A stretch of 64,000 nt of DNA from an uncultured Acidobacteriota bacterium (GTDB lineage Bacteria > Acidobacteriota > Thermoanaerobaculia > Multivoradales > UBA5704), in NCBI GenBank assembly GCA_963799925.1, contig CAWCYZ010000002.1, forward strand, positions 2,064,477 to 2,128,476. Direction: 5' to 3'. The notes beneath the pieces are model-generated. The model did not search any database and was not told the origin of the DNA. It saw only the letters and a list, made by a program, of their open reading frames with translations. This document shows, one piece after another, positions 10,650-21,934 of this stretch. Numbering within the stretch: the stretch's first letter is position 1; every line of letters begins with the position of its first letter. A program made the position numbers and the translations under genes.

Positions 10650-11865
10650 ATGAACCCGCGCTCTCTCGCGTTCGCTTTCCTCTTGGCCGGGCCGCTCGGG
10701 CTCGCCGCCCAGCCGCCGCAGCCGTCGCCGCCTCAGCCGGCGCCCGGCCCCGCCGGTCCATCAACCCGCGCCCGTTCCGGCTCCGGCTCCGGCTCCGGCT
10801 CCGGTTCCCCAACCGGCCAACCCGCCGGTCCAGCCGGGCCAGCCCGGCGTCCAGCCGCCGCCGGCTCCTCCGGGAGCGCCGGTGCCCAGTCAGCCCGGCG
10901 TGCCCCCGCCGCCCAATCAGCCCCTTCCGCCGAATCAACCGCCGGCGCCGCCGCCGGGCCCGGCGGCGAATCTTCCGCCGGCGAACCCGCGCTCGCTCGC
11001 CGACATCCAGATCCTCCTCGACCGCGCCAACTTCTCGCCCGGGGCGATCGACGGCAAGGGGGGAACCAACACGCAGCGGGCGGCGATGGCCTTCCAGGCG
11101 GCGCACGCTCTCCCGGTGACCGGCAACGTCGATCCGGCGACCTGGCAGAACCTGATCGCCGCCTCGGGCCAGCAGACGCTGGCGCTCTACACCATCGCCC
11201 CAGCCGACGTGGCCGGGCCGTTCGTGCCCCAGATCCCGCACGACATGGAGGCGCAGGCGAAGCTCCCGGCGCTCGCCTACACCTCGCCGCTCGAGCTCCT
11301 GGCCGAGAAGTTCCACACCACGCCGGAGCTCCTCATGGCGCTCAATCCCGGCGCCAACTTCGCCGCCGCCGGCCAGGCGATCCGGGTGCCGAACGTGCCG
11401 CCCTTCACGCCCTGGACCAAGGACCAGCCGCCGCCCGACAAGTCGGCGGTGCCGCCGGACCTCCGGATCGTCGTCTCGAAGTCCAGGTCGACCCTCTCGG
11501 TCGAGCGCGGCGACGACGTCGTCTACTTCGCCCCGGTCACCTCGGGCAGCGAGCACGACCCGCTGCCGCTCGGCCAGTGGAAGGTCAACGGGGTCTCCCG
11601 CGCGCCGGTCTTCCACTACAACCCGAAGCTCTTCTGGGACGCCAAGACGAGCGACACCAAGGCGACGGTGCCGGCGGGGCCGAACAACCCGGTGGGGGTG
11701 GTCTGGATCGACCTCTCCAAAGCGCACTACGGGATCCACGGCACGCCCGAGCCGAAGCTGATCGGCAAGACCAGCTCGCACGGCTGCGTGCGCATGACCA
11801 ACTGGGACGCGCAGGCGGTGGCCTCGCTGGTCAAGCCCGGGACCCCCGTCCTCTTCGAGCCATGA
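10650..11865 (+). CDS. L,D-transpeptidase (YkuD) with Pro-rich N-terminus and peptidoglycan-binding domain (frameshift near 10750)
   Basis: Signal peptide from ATG 10650; PG-binding IQILLDRANFSPGAIDG; catalytic YGIHGT...SHGCVRMTN. Confidence 0.88.
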
Positions 11866-12581
11866 GCCCCGAGCCGGAGCGCCCGAGACGTCCGGTGGGT
11901 CTCGCGGCGCTGGGCGGCTTCGTGCTCGGCGCCGCGACGGTCCTCCTGATCGTCTGGTTCTACGGCGCCGGCCGGCATGTCCCGGTGGCGCCAGCACCGC
12001 CGACGGTTCCCGCCCCGGTTCCGGCTCCGCGGGCCCCGGCCGCCGGCGCGACCGTTCCGCTCCACCCGCCGCCCGCCGCGCCCGGCCCGGAAGCGTCGTC
12101 CGCCGACCTCGCGGACCTCGCCCGCCGCCGGCTCCTGCTCCCCGTCGCCGGGGTGAGGCCGGAGAGCCTCACCAACACCTACGACGACGGCCGCTCCGGC
12201 GGGCGGGTCCACCACGCCATCGACATCCCGGCGCCGCGCAACACGCCGGTCCTGGCGGTCGAGGACGGCGCGGTGGCCAAGCTCTTCACCAGCAAGCTCG
12301 GCGGGATCACCGTCTACGAGTTCGATCCCACGACGACCTACTCCTACTACTACGCTCACCTCGAGCGCTACGCCGACGGCTTGAAAGAGGGCGACCGCGT
12401 GCGCCGCGGGCAGGTGCTGGGCTACGTCGGCACCTCGGGCGACGCGCCGCCGGACGCGCCGCACCTGCACTTCGAGATCACCCGGTTGGGCCCCGAGCGG
12501 CACTGGTGGCAGGGAACGCCGATCAATCCGTTCGTCGTCCTGCGCGGCGAGGCGGCGGGCGGCGCGCCGGCCGGGCGCTGA
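11862..12581 (+). CDS. M23 family metallopeptidase
   Basis: HHAIDI, YYYAHL, PHLHFEI; ATGA overlap with the upstream gene. Confidence 0.9.
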   Translation: MSPEPERPRRPVGLAALGGFVLGAATVLLIVWFYGAGRHVPVAPAPPTVPAPVPAPRAPAAGATVPLHPPPAAPGPEASSADLADLARRRLLLPVAGVRPESLTNTYDDGRSGGRVHHAIDIPAPRNTPVLAVEDGAVAKLFTSKLGGITVYEFDPTTTYSYYYAHLERYADGLKEGDRVRRGQVLGYVGTSGDAPPDAPHLHFEITRLGPERHWWQGTPINPFVVLRGEAAGGAPAGR

Positions 12582-12590
12582 GGCGCGGGC

Positions 12591-13569
12591 TCAGTGCCCC
12601 CCGTGTCCCTCGCCGTACTTCTTCTCGCCCGCCTCGACCCGCATCGCCAGCTTGTTCTGCTTCGGCGGCAGCGGACAGGTGGCGTAGGAGGTGAAGGCGC
12701 AGGGCGGGTTGTAGGCCTGGTTGAAGTCGACCACGACGCGGCCGTCCTTCGGCGGGTCGATGCCGAGGAAGCGCCCGGCGCCATAGGTTTCGTGGCCGTT
12801 GGTCTGGTCGCCGAAGATGACGAAGAGCGAGCCGTCCTCGCCGCCGGGCAGGGCGTCCAGCCGGTAGGTCTTGCCGTCCTTCTCGAAGACCACGGCGCCC
12901 GGCGAGGGGGTGTCGGTGACCTGGCCCAGAATGTTGGGGATGGGGATCTGTTTCGGCGGCTGGTAGGGCTCGAAGCGGGCGGCGACGCGCCAGTCGGGCC
13001 GGATAGGGAACTCGTCGAGCCCATGAAACGCCGCCAGCGCCGGGCTCTTGGTGTCCTTGACCCGCACCCCGACGCGGTCGCCGCGGTCGATGACGAAGAA
13101 GCGCAGCGATCCGAGCTCGAGGCCGGTGGGCGGACCGTCGGCGTCGGAGCGGAGGAACAGGGTGTCGACCGGCTTGCCGTCGTGGGTGACGCCGACGCCG
13201 GGCATCACCTTGATCGTGACGTCCTTGCCGTGCCGCTCGAAGCTCCCCGCCACCGCGGGCGCCTTCCCGGCGGGGAAGATCACGCGATTGCCGGCGCCGC
13301 TGCCGAAGCGGTTCTCCCCCTCCTCGAGCCAGAAGAGCCCGACGAGCGTCAGCCAGCCGTCCTCGCGCTGGAGGCCCGGCGACGCGCGTCTGCCGCCAGG
13401 CCTCGATCTCCCGGCGATAGGCGTCCGGGGCCGGCGCGGCGGCCTCGGATGCGCTCGTGGCCGATACCGTCGGACGCGCGGCGCCGTCGGCGGCGGCGTG
13501 GACAGGGCGCACGGCGAGCAGCGCGGGCAGCGCCAGCGAGGCGAGCCGAAGGGCGAGGCGGTTCTTCAT
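12591..13569 (-). CDS. DUF1684 domain protein (frameshift near 13375)
   Basis: Signal peptide from ATG 13569; GWLTLVGLFWL, FGDQTNGHETYGAGRFL, DFNQAYNPPCAF...CPLPPKQN...AGEK. Confidence 0.85.
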
Positions 13570-13707
13570 CGCGGCATCCTCTCTCGCCGGCGGTCCGGCC
13601 GGCGCCTGCCAAGGATAACCCAGAGGCCGCGGCGGCCGCGGTGGCGTAACCTGTCGTTCGCTTCTGCGTAGTATGACGTGCGGCGCCTGACCGCCGCGGG
13701 AGAGCCC

Positions 13708-14691
13708 ATGCTCGAGATCCGTGACCTCGTCAAGATCTACCCCGGCCCGGTGACGGCGCTCCAGGGGATCACCCTCGGCGTGCCGCAGGGGATGTTCGGC
13801 CTGCTGGGGCCGAACGGCGCCGGCAAGACGACGCTGATGCGCATCCTCGCCGGCCTGCTCGAGCCGACCGCCGGCACCGTGCGGCTCGACGGCCTCGACG
13901 TCCTGGCTTCGCCGCGCGAGCTGCGCCGCCGGCTGGGCTACCTGCCGCAGGAGTTCGGCTTCTACCCCTACCTGACCGGCCACGCGATGCTGGTCTATCT
14001 CCTGCGGCTCAAGGGCGTCGAGGCGCCCGGCGGCCTCGACGCCCTGGCCCGCGACCTCCTCGAGCGGGTCAACCTCGGCGCCGCCGCGAAGCGCAAGGTG
14101 AAGAGCTACTCGGGGGGCATGCGCCAGCGCCTGGGGATCGCCCAGGCGATCGCCGGCGACCCGCGCCTGATCGTCGTCGACGAGCCGACCGCCGGCCTCG
14201 ACCCCGAGGAGCGCCTGCGCTTCTATCGCCTCCTGGCCGAGCTCGCCGAGGAGCGGATCGTGCTGCTGTCGACCCACATCGTCGAGGACGTGGCGGTCCT
14301 CTGCCCGCGCTTCGCGGTGATCCGCAAGGGGCGGCTGGTCGCCGAGACCTCGCCCGGCGCGGCGCGCGAGGCGATCGCCGGCAAGGTGTTCGAGGGGCGG
14401 GTGCCCGCCGCCGAGCTCGACGCGCTGGCGCGCCAGCGGCGGATCACCCAGGCGATCCTCGTCGAGGGGAAGAACCGGGTGCGGATCTACGAGCCCTCGG
14501 GCCAGCCGCCGGCGGGGTTCGAGCCGGCCCCGGCGACGCTCGAGGACGCCTATCTCCTGCTCATGCAGGACGCCGAGCAGGCCGCGGGGAGCGAGCCCGA
14601 GCCGCTCGCCGCCGCGGCGGCAGGGGCCGCCGGATCTGCTGCAGCCGCCGGAGCCGCTGGAGCCGCCGGAGCCGCCGGAGCCGATCGATGA
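13708..14691 (+). CDS. ABC transporter ATP-binding protein
   Basis: GPNGAGKT, YSGGMRQR, VDEPT, STH motifs. Confidence 0.95.
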   Translation: MLEIRDLVKIYPGPVTALQGITLGVPQGMFGLLGPNGAGKTTLMRILAGLLEPTAGTVRLDGLDVLASPRELRRRLGYLPQEFGFYPYLTGHAMLVYLLRLKGVEAPGGLDALARDLLERVNLGAAAKRKVKSYSGGMRQRLGIAQAIAGDPRLIVVDEPTAGLDPEERLRFYRLLAELAEERIVLLSTHIVEDVAVLCPRFAVIRKGRLVAETSPGAAREAIAGKVFEGRVPAAELDALARQRRITQAILVEGKNRVRIYEPSGQPPAGFEPAPATLEDAYLLLMQDAEQAAGSEPEPLAAAAAGAAGSAAAAGAAGAAGAAGADR

Positions 14692-17600
14692 GCCCGGCCG
14701 CCGCCGCTCCCCGCCGCGCCGCCGGCCGCGGGGACCGCTTCCGCGCCGTCTCCGGCATGACGCTCCGGCACACCTTGAAGCGGCCGCTCTTCTGGGTGCT
14801 GGTGGTGCTCCTGCTGCTCCTGGTATGGGGCATCTCGAACGGCAACGTGTCGATCAGCTCGGGCGACAGCACCGTGGGGGGCAAGAAGGCGTGGCTCAAC
14901 TCGGAGTTCAATCTCTCCTTCATCGTCGCCACCCTGGTGTCGCTGATCTATGCCTTCTTCACCTCGGTCGCCGCCGGCATGTCGGTGATCGAGGACGACG
15001 AGCAGCGCATCGCCGAGATCGTCGCCGCCACGCCGTTGACGCCCGCCGAGTACGTCTGGGGGAAGTTCCTCGCCGTGCTCGGCGCCTTCCTCGGCGCCCT
15101 CGGGCTCCAGCTCCTGCTGATGATCCTCTTCTACCAGGTGGTGCCCAACGCCGCGGCCGCCGAGATCCGCGGGCCGTTCGAGCTCGCCAACTATTTGCGG
15201 CCGGCGCTCGCCTTCGCTCTGCCGACGCTCGTCTTCTTCACCGGCGTCGCCTTCTATCTCGGCGAGCGCTTCCGGCGCCCGATCCTCGTCTTCCTCTTCC
15301 CCGTCGCGCTCCTCCTGATCAACGGCTTCTTCCTCTGGGAGTGGTCGCCGACCTGGCTCGATCCGCGGATCAACCGCCTGCTGATGATCGCCGACTCGAG
15401 CGGCTTCCGCTGGTTGAACGAGACCTGGCTGAAGCTCGACCGCGGCGTCGACTTCCTCAATCACACGCCCGTCCGCTTCGACGGCACCTTCGTCCTCAAC
15501 CGGCTGCTCTTCCTCGGCCTCGGCCTCGCCGGGGTCGCCCTCGCCCAGCGCCACTACGCCCACCGGGTAGGCCGCGCCGGCGCCGCGCGCTCAGCCCGCG
15601 CGCTGCGGCGCGCGGCGGTCGAGGTCGCCGCGCCGGCCGCGGCGCTCACGCCGGCCGAGCGCCGGCTGCCCGCCGGGCGGCTCGCGGCGGGAACGATGCG
15701 GCAGCCCGGCTTCTGGAGCACCACTCTGCGCGTCGCCCGCGGCGAGACGCGCGGCCTCTTCAGCCAGGTCGGGCTCTATATCTTCATCCCGCTCATCCTG
15801 ATCCAGACCGTGGGCAGCAACCTGCTCGCCCTGGGGGCGTTCCAGACCGAGCTGCTGCTCACCCCGGGCGAGCTCGCGGTGCGCTGCCTCAACACCTTGA
15901 CGTTCCTCATCTGCCTCCTCCTCCTCTTCTACACCGTCGAGTCGATCGAGCGGGAGCGGACGACCGGCTTCGCCCCGGTCCTCTACTCGACGCCCCTGGG
16001 CAGCGGGCCGCTCCTCGCCGGCAAGGCGCTCGCCAACAGCCTGGTCGGCGCGGCGGTCGTGGGGGCGACGCTCGTCGGCTGCCTGATCGCTCTCCTCGTC
16101 CAGGGCCAGGTGCGGCTCGAGCTCTGGCCCTTCGCGCTCGTCTGGGGAGCGCTCCTCCTGCCCACGTTCCTCCTCTGGACCGCGTTCGTCACCGCCGTCC
16201 AGGCGCTCGGCGGATCGCGCTATTTGACCTACGGCGTCGGCCTCGCGGCCCTCGTCTTCACCCTCTACCGCCAGCTCACCGGCGGCATGAACTGGGTCGG
16301 CAACTGGGCGCTGTGGAGCGTGCTGCGCTGGAGCGACATGGGCGTCTTCGAGATCGACCGGCGGGCGCTTTTGTGGAACCGCCTCCTCGCCCTCGGCCTC
16401 GCCGCCCTCTTCTGGGCGATCGCCGTCCGCGCTTTCCGCCGCCGCCAGTCGGACGCGGTGAGCCTGGCCGACCGGTTCACGGCGCGGCGGGTCGGGCGGA
16501 CGGCGCTCGGCCTGGCGCCCTACGCCGTGGTGCCGGCCGTCGCCGCCATCGCCCTCGGCCTCGCCGTGTTCCACGGCTTCCAGGGCGGCGAGGCGGAGAA
16601 GAAGGAGCGGGACTATTGGAAGCAGAACCTGGGGACCTGGAAGGACGCGCCGCAGCCGTCGCTCGCCGCGGTCGACCTCGACCTGACGCTCGACCCCGCC
16701 GGCCGTGGCTTCCGCGACCGCGGCCGCTACACGCTGATCAACGACCGCGACGTGCCGCTCGAGCGCTTCGCCCTGACCGGCGACGTGCAGTGGAAGAACG
16801 TCCGCTGGAGCTTCGCCGGCAAGCCCTACAAGCCCGAGGACCGCTCGGGCCTCTACGTGTTCACGCCGCCGGCGCCGCTGCCGCCGGGCGGCCGGGTCGA
16901 GGTGGGCTTCGACTGCAGGGGGACTGTGCCGCGCGGCATCACCCGCAACGGCGGCGGTACGTCGGAGTTCATCCTGCCCTCCGGAGTGGTCCTCACCAGC
17001 TTCAATCCGACCTTCGCGCCGGTCGTCGGCTACGTGCCGGAGATCGGCATCAAGAAGAAGGAGAACGACTACGAGCCGAAGGAATACGCCGACGATTTCT
17101 ACCTCGGCAAGACCCGGCCGGCCTTCGGCAGCAGCCACTCTTTCCCCACCCGTATCCGCATCACCGGCCCCGCGGCCTACACCTACAACTCGGTGGGGAC
17201 GCTGGCGAGCGACGAGGTCGGCCATGGCCGGCGGACCGCGGTCTGGGTGAGCGACCACCCGGTGCGCTTCTTCAACGTCGTCGGCGGGCGCTGGCTGACC
17301 CGCCGCGGGCAGGGGACGCAGATCTTCTACCATCCGGCGCACGCGGCCAACGTCCCCGAGATGCTCCGCACGCTCGACGCCGCCCGCCGCTACTACTCGC
17401 AGTGGTTCTACCCCTTCCCGTGGCGGGAGCTCAAGCTCTCCGAGTTCCCCAACCTGGCGGGCTACGCCCAGGGGTTCCCCACCGACATCAGCTTCTCGGA
17501 GGGGATCGGCTTCCTGACCAAGAGCGACGTCCAGACCAACGCCGTCTTCATGGTCACCGCGCACGAGAGCGCGCACCAGTGGTGGGGCAACATCCTCACC

Positions 17601-18326
17601 CCCGGCGAGGGGCCGGGCGGCAACATCCTCTCCGAGGGGATGGCGCACTTCTCGACCATCCTGCTCACCGACCAGGTGCTGGGGCCGGCGGCGCGGATCG
17701 AGTTCTGCAAACGGATCGAGGAGAGCTACGGCAACGGCCGCCACGTCGACGCCGAGCGGCCGATGGTCAAGGTCAACGGCTCCCGCCAGGGCGACACGAC
17801 GGTCACCTACGACAAGGGCGGCTGGGTCATGTGGATGCTCCTCCAGCAGATGGGGCGCGAGCGGACGCTCGCCGGCCTGCGCGAGTTCATCGCCAGGTAC
17901 AAGGACGGCCCCGACTACCCCGTGCTCCAGGACCTGGTGGCCACCCTCCGGCCGTTCGCGGCGGACCCGGCGGCCTTCGACCGCTTCGTCCACCAATGGT
18001 TTTATGAGGTGGTCGTCCCCGAGTACCGGCTGGACCGGGCGAGCAAGCGCCGGCTGCCCGCCGGCGGGTGGCAGGCGACCGTGCGGGTGAAGAACGCCGG
18101 CACCGGGCGGATGCCGGTCGAGGTCGCCGCGGTGCGCGGCGAGCGCTTCGCCGCGAAGCCGAAGCCGGGAAGCGGGTACCTGGAGGCGCGGCGGACCGTC
18201 CTCTTGGGGGCGGGGGAGTCGACGACAGTCGACCTCACCTGCCCGTTCGAGCCCGAGCGCATCCTGGTCGATCCCGATGCCAGGGTGCTGCAGCTCTCGC
18301 GCAAGACGGCGCTCGTCCGTCTCTGA
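14688..18326 (+). CDS. ABC-2-type permease fused to an M1 family aminopeptidase
   Basis: Two multi-TM blocks followed by a soluble domain with HESAHQWWG...SEGMAHFS and YDKG. Confidence 0.88.
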   Translation: MSPAAAAPRRAAGRGDRFRAVSGMTLRHTLKRPLFWVLVVLLLLLVWGISNGNVSISSGDSTVGGKKAWLNSEFNLSFIVATLVSLIYAFFTSVAAGMSVIEDDEQRIAEIVAATPLTPAEYVWGKFLAVLGAFLGALGLQLLLMILFYQVVPNAAAAEIRGPFELANYLRPALAFALPTLVFFTGVAFYLGERFRRPILVFLFPVALLLINGFFLWEWSPTWLDPRINRLLMIADSSGFRWLNETWLKLDRGVDFLNHTPVRFDGTFVLNRLLFLGLGLAGVALAQRHYAHRVGRAGAARSARALRRAAVEVAAPAAALTPAERRLPAGRLAAGTMRQPGFWSTTLRVARGETRGLFSQVGLYIFIPLILIQTVGSNLLALGAFQTELLLTPGELAVRCLNTLTFLICLLLLFYTVESIERERTTGFAPVLYSTPLGSGPLLAGKALANSLVGAAVVGATLVGCLIALLVQGQVRLELWPFALVWGALLLPTFLLWTAFVTAVQALGGSRYLTYGVGLAALVFTLYRQLTGGMNWVGNWALWSVLRWSDMGVFEIDRRALLWNRLLALGLAALFWAIAVRAFRRRQSDAVSLADRFTARRVGRTALGLAPYAVVPAVAAIALGLAVFHGFQGGEAEKKERDYWKQNLGTWKDAPQPSLAAVDLDLTLDPAGRGFRDRGRYTLINDRDVPLERFALTGDVQWKNVRWSFAGKPYKPEDRSGLYVFTPPAPLPPGGRVEVGFDCRGTVPRGITRNGGGTSEFILPSGVVLTSFNPTFAPVVGYVPEIGIKKKENDYEPKEYADDFYLGKTRPAFGSSHSFPTRIRITGPAAYTYNSVGTLASDEVGHGRRTAVWVSDHPVRFFNVVGGRWLTRRGQGTQIFYHPAHAANVPEMLRTLDAARRYYSQWFYPFPWRELKLSEFPNLAGYAQGFPTDISFSEGIGFLTKSDVQTNAVFMVTAHESAHQWWGNILTPGEGPGGNILSEGMAHFSTILLTDQVLGPAARIEFCKRIEESYGNGRHVDAERPMVKVNGSRQGDTTVTYDKGGWVMWMLLQQMGRERTLAGLREFIARYKDGPDYPVLQDLVATLRPFAADPAAFDRFVHQWFYEVVVPEYRLDRASKRRLPAGGWQATVRVKNAGTGRMPVEVAAVRGERFAAKPKPGSGYLEARRTVLLGAGESTTVDLTCPFEPERILVDPDARVLQLSRKTALVRL

Positions 18327-18584
18327 GCCGGAAGGATCGAAAGTTTCCCCGCTGCAGGGCCGCAGCGCGGCCGTCGAGGCCAGCTACGGGGTGGGTGGCG
18401 ACCGATCGGTCACTCGCGCCGAGCTGCGTGCCATCGCCGCCGATCTCCGCGGCTACTGCGCCATGGTCGGCCGCTCGGCCCAGGAGCGCTCTCTGGATGA
18501 GCCAGATGACGCGCTGGCCCGGTTCGCCGGCAAGCTGGCCGACCTGTTGGCCGCGATTGTCGAGTCGATCGAGAGGAGGTTGTC

Positions 18585-18818
18585 ATGAATGGTGACCCGA
18601 CGAAGCGGATACGAAGGAAGCCAGACCCCGAGGAGTCGCGCATCGCCGGCCTGGCACTCTTGCGGCTACGCCGGCAGACCGGCATGACCGTGGGCCAGCT
18701 CTCCGCGCGATCGGGGCAACCGGTGGGCCGCCCTGAACCGATACGAGCAAGGCCAGTCCGTACCCCGAACGAAAGGAAGTCTCCGCCGCGTACCGGCTGC
18801 TCGGCCGCGGCATGCTGA
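18585..18818 (+). pseudogene. Probable truncated XRE-type HTH protein fragment
   Basis: RBS GAGGAGG; LALLRLRRQTGMTVGQLSARSG resembles the first helices of an XRE HTH, then loses similarity. Confidence 0.35.
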
Positions 18819-18976
18819 GAGCGCGGCGTAGCTGGTGACCTGATCGCGGCTCCGGCGGCCGGCGAGGCTCCCCCGATCGATATCCCGCCTGCCGCTCGGG
18901 CCGCGGTGCCTCACTATGAAGTCCCTCTACATACCCAAATACCGCGGCCTCCTCGGGCAGACCTTTGGCGTAGCAT

Positions 18977-19777
18977 TCATGGACTTTGAACGGTGAACTC
19001 GAGAACGTTTGAAGTCGAACCATCTGGGTTGGTCACCTGGGCTGTCCAGTTCGAACTGCCAACTCGAAGATTCGCCGTGATCTCGAATTTCTTGCAGGTT
19101 ATAAAGGTGGTGGAGTAGCGATATGCCGTCCCGCTCTGTGAAAGATCATAGAGGGTTACGAAGGCACCCTGGACGAGGTTTGCGCCGCCAAACGTGAGCG
19201 CGACCTGGTTGCCAGCTGGGGGGGGATCTGGCACAAGGCCAGCTAAGTAGGGCGTCCCACTGCACCGAGGGCTGAAATAGCCGTTGAGGTCCAGGATTAG
19301 ATGCACGCTACCGGTGCCCGCAATCTCAGGGCTGACAGTGAGGATACCGTTGCCATCCAGAGGCAAGATTGCATTGTTTGCGCGAGTCTGGCCGGTGCTG
19401 AAGTTAATGGTCGAGGTCAAGAAAGATGAGCAGTTAGGAGAGAAGCTCAGAAAGCCACCACCTGTGGGGCCAACAACCGTTATATTGAGCGAGATGGCTT
19501 CCGCCGCCGGAGGCAGACTGCAAGCGCCGACTAGGGCGAAGGAGCGAAGAGTCCCTGACGTCAAAGCCGGGCCAGCGAGAGGCCCTGGAGCATTCCGTGT
19601 GTCGACCAGACGGCAAGGCGGTACTGTGTAGAAGTCCTCCGCCGAGTTGTCGATCACACAGGTCTGAGCCGAGAGGCAGCGAGCCTGTCCCCCCGTGGCG
19701 AGGGCGACGGCCATTAGGGCCGCGATACCTCCCCGAAAGCTTGCGGCGGCGGCTGGGGCTAGGCGGTTGCCAGTCAT
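18977..19777 (-). CDS. Secreted protein with a PCRLVDTR...DLNGYF beta-sandwich-like module and an IPT/TIG-like C-terminal domain
   Basis: Signal peptide; PCRLVDTRN, SLNITVV, TSTINF, ANNAIL, HLILDLNGYF; C-terminal VTNPDG-TSN; lower GC than the flanks. Confidence 0.65.
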   Translation of the reverse strand: MTGNRLAPAAAASFRGGIAALMAVALATGGQARCLSAQTCVIDNSAEDFYTVPPCRLVDTRNAPGPLAGPALTSGTLRSFALVGACSLPPAAEAISLNITVVGPTGGGFLSFSPNCSSFLTSTINFSTGQTRANNAILPLDGNGILTVSPEIAGTGSVHLILDLNGYFSPRCSGTPYLAGLVPDPPPAGNQVALTFGGANLVQGAFVTLYDLSQSGTAYRYSTTFITCKKFEITANLRVGSSNWTAQVTNPDGSTSNVLEFTVQSP

Positions 19778-20052
19778 ATTAGCAGCTTAGTGTAGCACGA
19801 TGAGTTGGTGAGCCCTGATTTGCTCCGGTGGCGGCAATCTCAGTCCCCACCTCGGCGGTCGAGCCGATCCTGCCGGCCCTACCCGCCTAGCCCAACTTCC
19901 GCAGTTGTCGTCAGGCGAAGGCCCATTTTCAGGGGGCCGTCCGCTCTAAGCGCTTGATTTTTTGAGGCGGCGTTTGGAAAAGCGCGTGTAGTGCCGACCT
20001 GGCCTTGCCCCGGTTTCGCCGGACACCTCGAAAATGGGCGAGAGAGAACGCG

Positions 20053-20292
20053 ATATCCGAGACGAGACGGAAGTTCAGTCGAGAGTTCAAGTTAGAGAAG
20101 GTTCGGTTGGTGACGGCTGGCGGGCGCTGTATGGCGGCGACGGCTCGGGATCTCGAGGTTCGTCCCGACATGCTCCGTCGCTGGAAGCGTCAGCTGGAGG
20201 AGGATCCGGTGGAGGCGTTTCCCGGGAAAGAGAACCTGAAATCGGAGGAGGACCAGGTTTGCTGGTTGCAGCGGGAGCTCGTTCGCGTCAAG
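20053..20292 (+). pseudogene. IS3 family transposase OrfA fragment
   Basis: RRKFSREFKLEKVRLV...ARDLEVRPDMLRRWKRQ...AFPGK; start codon appears mutated (ATA); joined directly to Rhs sequence. Confidence 0.8.
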
Positions 20293-21916
20293 GTCGCCCA
20301 GGTGACGCACGGCAACGGCGTCGTCGACACGCAGGCGAACGACCCCAACGCGATGCGGCGGCCGCTGTCGATCGCCTCGACCATCAACAACGGCCAGACG
20401 ACGCTCTGGAAGACCGACGGCTACACCTACGACGGCGCCGGCAACATCACCCAGATCGGCGCCGCGCGCTTTCTCTACGACGGCGTGAGCCGGCTTGACC
20501 TCGGGGTCGCTGGTGCTGGGGACGCTCGACAGCGGGGCGGCAGCCAGCCAGACCTACGCCTACGACGCCTTCGGGAACATCCAGTCGATCGGCGGCACGG
20601 TCGCCCGCAACACGCCGACGAATTCGGCGACCAATCGCCTGAGCGGCGCCGCGAGCTACGATGCGGCGGGCAACCTGACCGCCTGGAACGGCGCGACCTA
20701 CGAGTACGATGCCTTGAACCAGATGAAGCACTACATCTCGGGAAGCGAAGAGTGGCTCTACATGTACGACGCCGACGACGAGCGCCTGTGGAGCTACAAG
20801 CCGGGAGTGCCCGGGGTCTCCGTCGCGCTTCGACCGCTGGACGATCCGCGACTTGGCCGGCAAGGTGCTCCGCACCTACGAGGCGAGCGGCTACAACTGG
20901 ACCGGGAGCGACGTCGAGGACCGCGTCTATCGCGACGGGCTGCTGCTGGCGGCCGAGCTACCCAACACCGGCGCCATCCATCATTTCCACCTGGATCACC
21001 TGGGAACCCCCCGCCTCATCACCGACCAGAACCGCGCCCAGGTCGCCTACCACGTCTACTATCCCTTCGGAGAAGAGGCGACGCCCTTCAACCAGGACGC
21101 CGAAAGGATGAAGTTCACCGGCCACGAGCGGGATCTGGCGAGCGCGGCGGGGGCGGGGGATGATCTGGACTACATGCATGAAAGATTCTTCAATCCGCTC
21201 AACTCACGTTTTGAAACCCTCGACCCCGTGCTTGGCGACCCGACTCTGCCACAGTCCTGGAACCGTTTTTCCTACGTATTGAACAACCCGCTTGAACTCA
21301 TCGATCCATCTGGCATGTCGGCTTCACCTCCACCAATCGGCGATTCACCCGTCGCTGATTATATCTATGCAGAGGGAATCTTTGCTTATGCTTCGCCTTG
21401 GAGGGGCACTACGAACGACCCTAATACGGGACTCGCTGGCCTTGCCAGTCTGATCGCAGCCCGCCGCCCGACAGGCGCCCCTGACCGCGATTTCGATCCT
21501 AATCAGCGGCTCGGCGGCTTTCTGGGCGCAGAGCGCTGTCGTTGTTTGGACAGGGACTTGCGGCTTATGCAGATGGCCTGATTCCGTTCTTCTCACCGCT
21601 TGAGGCCATAGGTGCTTACAACCCGCAAGAGGTGGGGATGACCTCTGTCAAGATTACGGGAGAGTTGGCGGGTACGGCTGCTGCCATTGCTGTCGGTCCT
21701 ATTCTCGCTGTCGAGGGTGCCGGACCAGGATCTGGGGCCACGGCTAGACTTGGCCGGTCACTCTTCGGTAAGGACGCTATACTGAATAGCAACCGTTATC
21801 TCAGGATAGGATACGGCCGAAGGGGTGGCGAGAAGGTCTTCCGTGTCGCAGGCGAGTTGGTGAGGCTCGTCGCAGAGAATGGGAAACTTGATATTTGGCG
21901 AATCGGCCCGCTCTGA
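20293..21916 (+). pseudogene. Orphan Rhs core fragment with C-terminal polymorphic toxin tip (several frameshifts)
   Basis: YD repeats (YTYDGAGN, YAYDAFGN, YDAAGN), HLDHLGTPR, YYPFGEE, KFTGHERD, WNRFSYVLNNPLELIDPSG (DPSG at 21303-21314), then a divergent lower-GC tip ending at 21916. Confidence 0.85.
20934..20992 (+). repeat. 59-bp direct repeat, copy 1 (inside the Rhs core)
   Basis: GACGGGCTGCTGCTGGCGGCCGAGCTACCCAACACCGGCGCCATCCATCATTTCCACCT, 56/59 identical to 22227-22285. Confidence 0.9.
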
Positions 21917-21934
21917 GCCGGATAGGAATCCAAC

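Noticed and set aside
10641-10660. Fluoride riboswitch-like start GGAGATGGCA
   Set aside because: It is the RBS and start codon of the L,D-transpeptidase; the downstream conserved riboswitch elements are absent.
10775-10810. (GGCTCC)n microsatellite, and 9-bp repeats at about 14630-14685
   Set aside because: In-frame low-complexity coding repeats (Pro-Ala linker; Ala-Gly-Ala tail), not independent elements.
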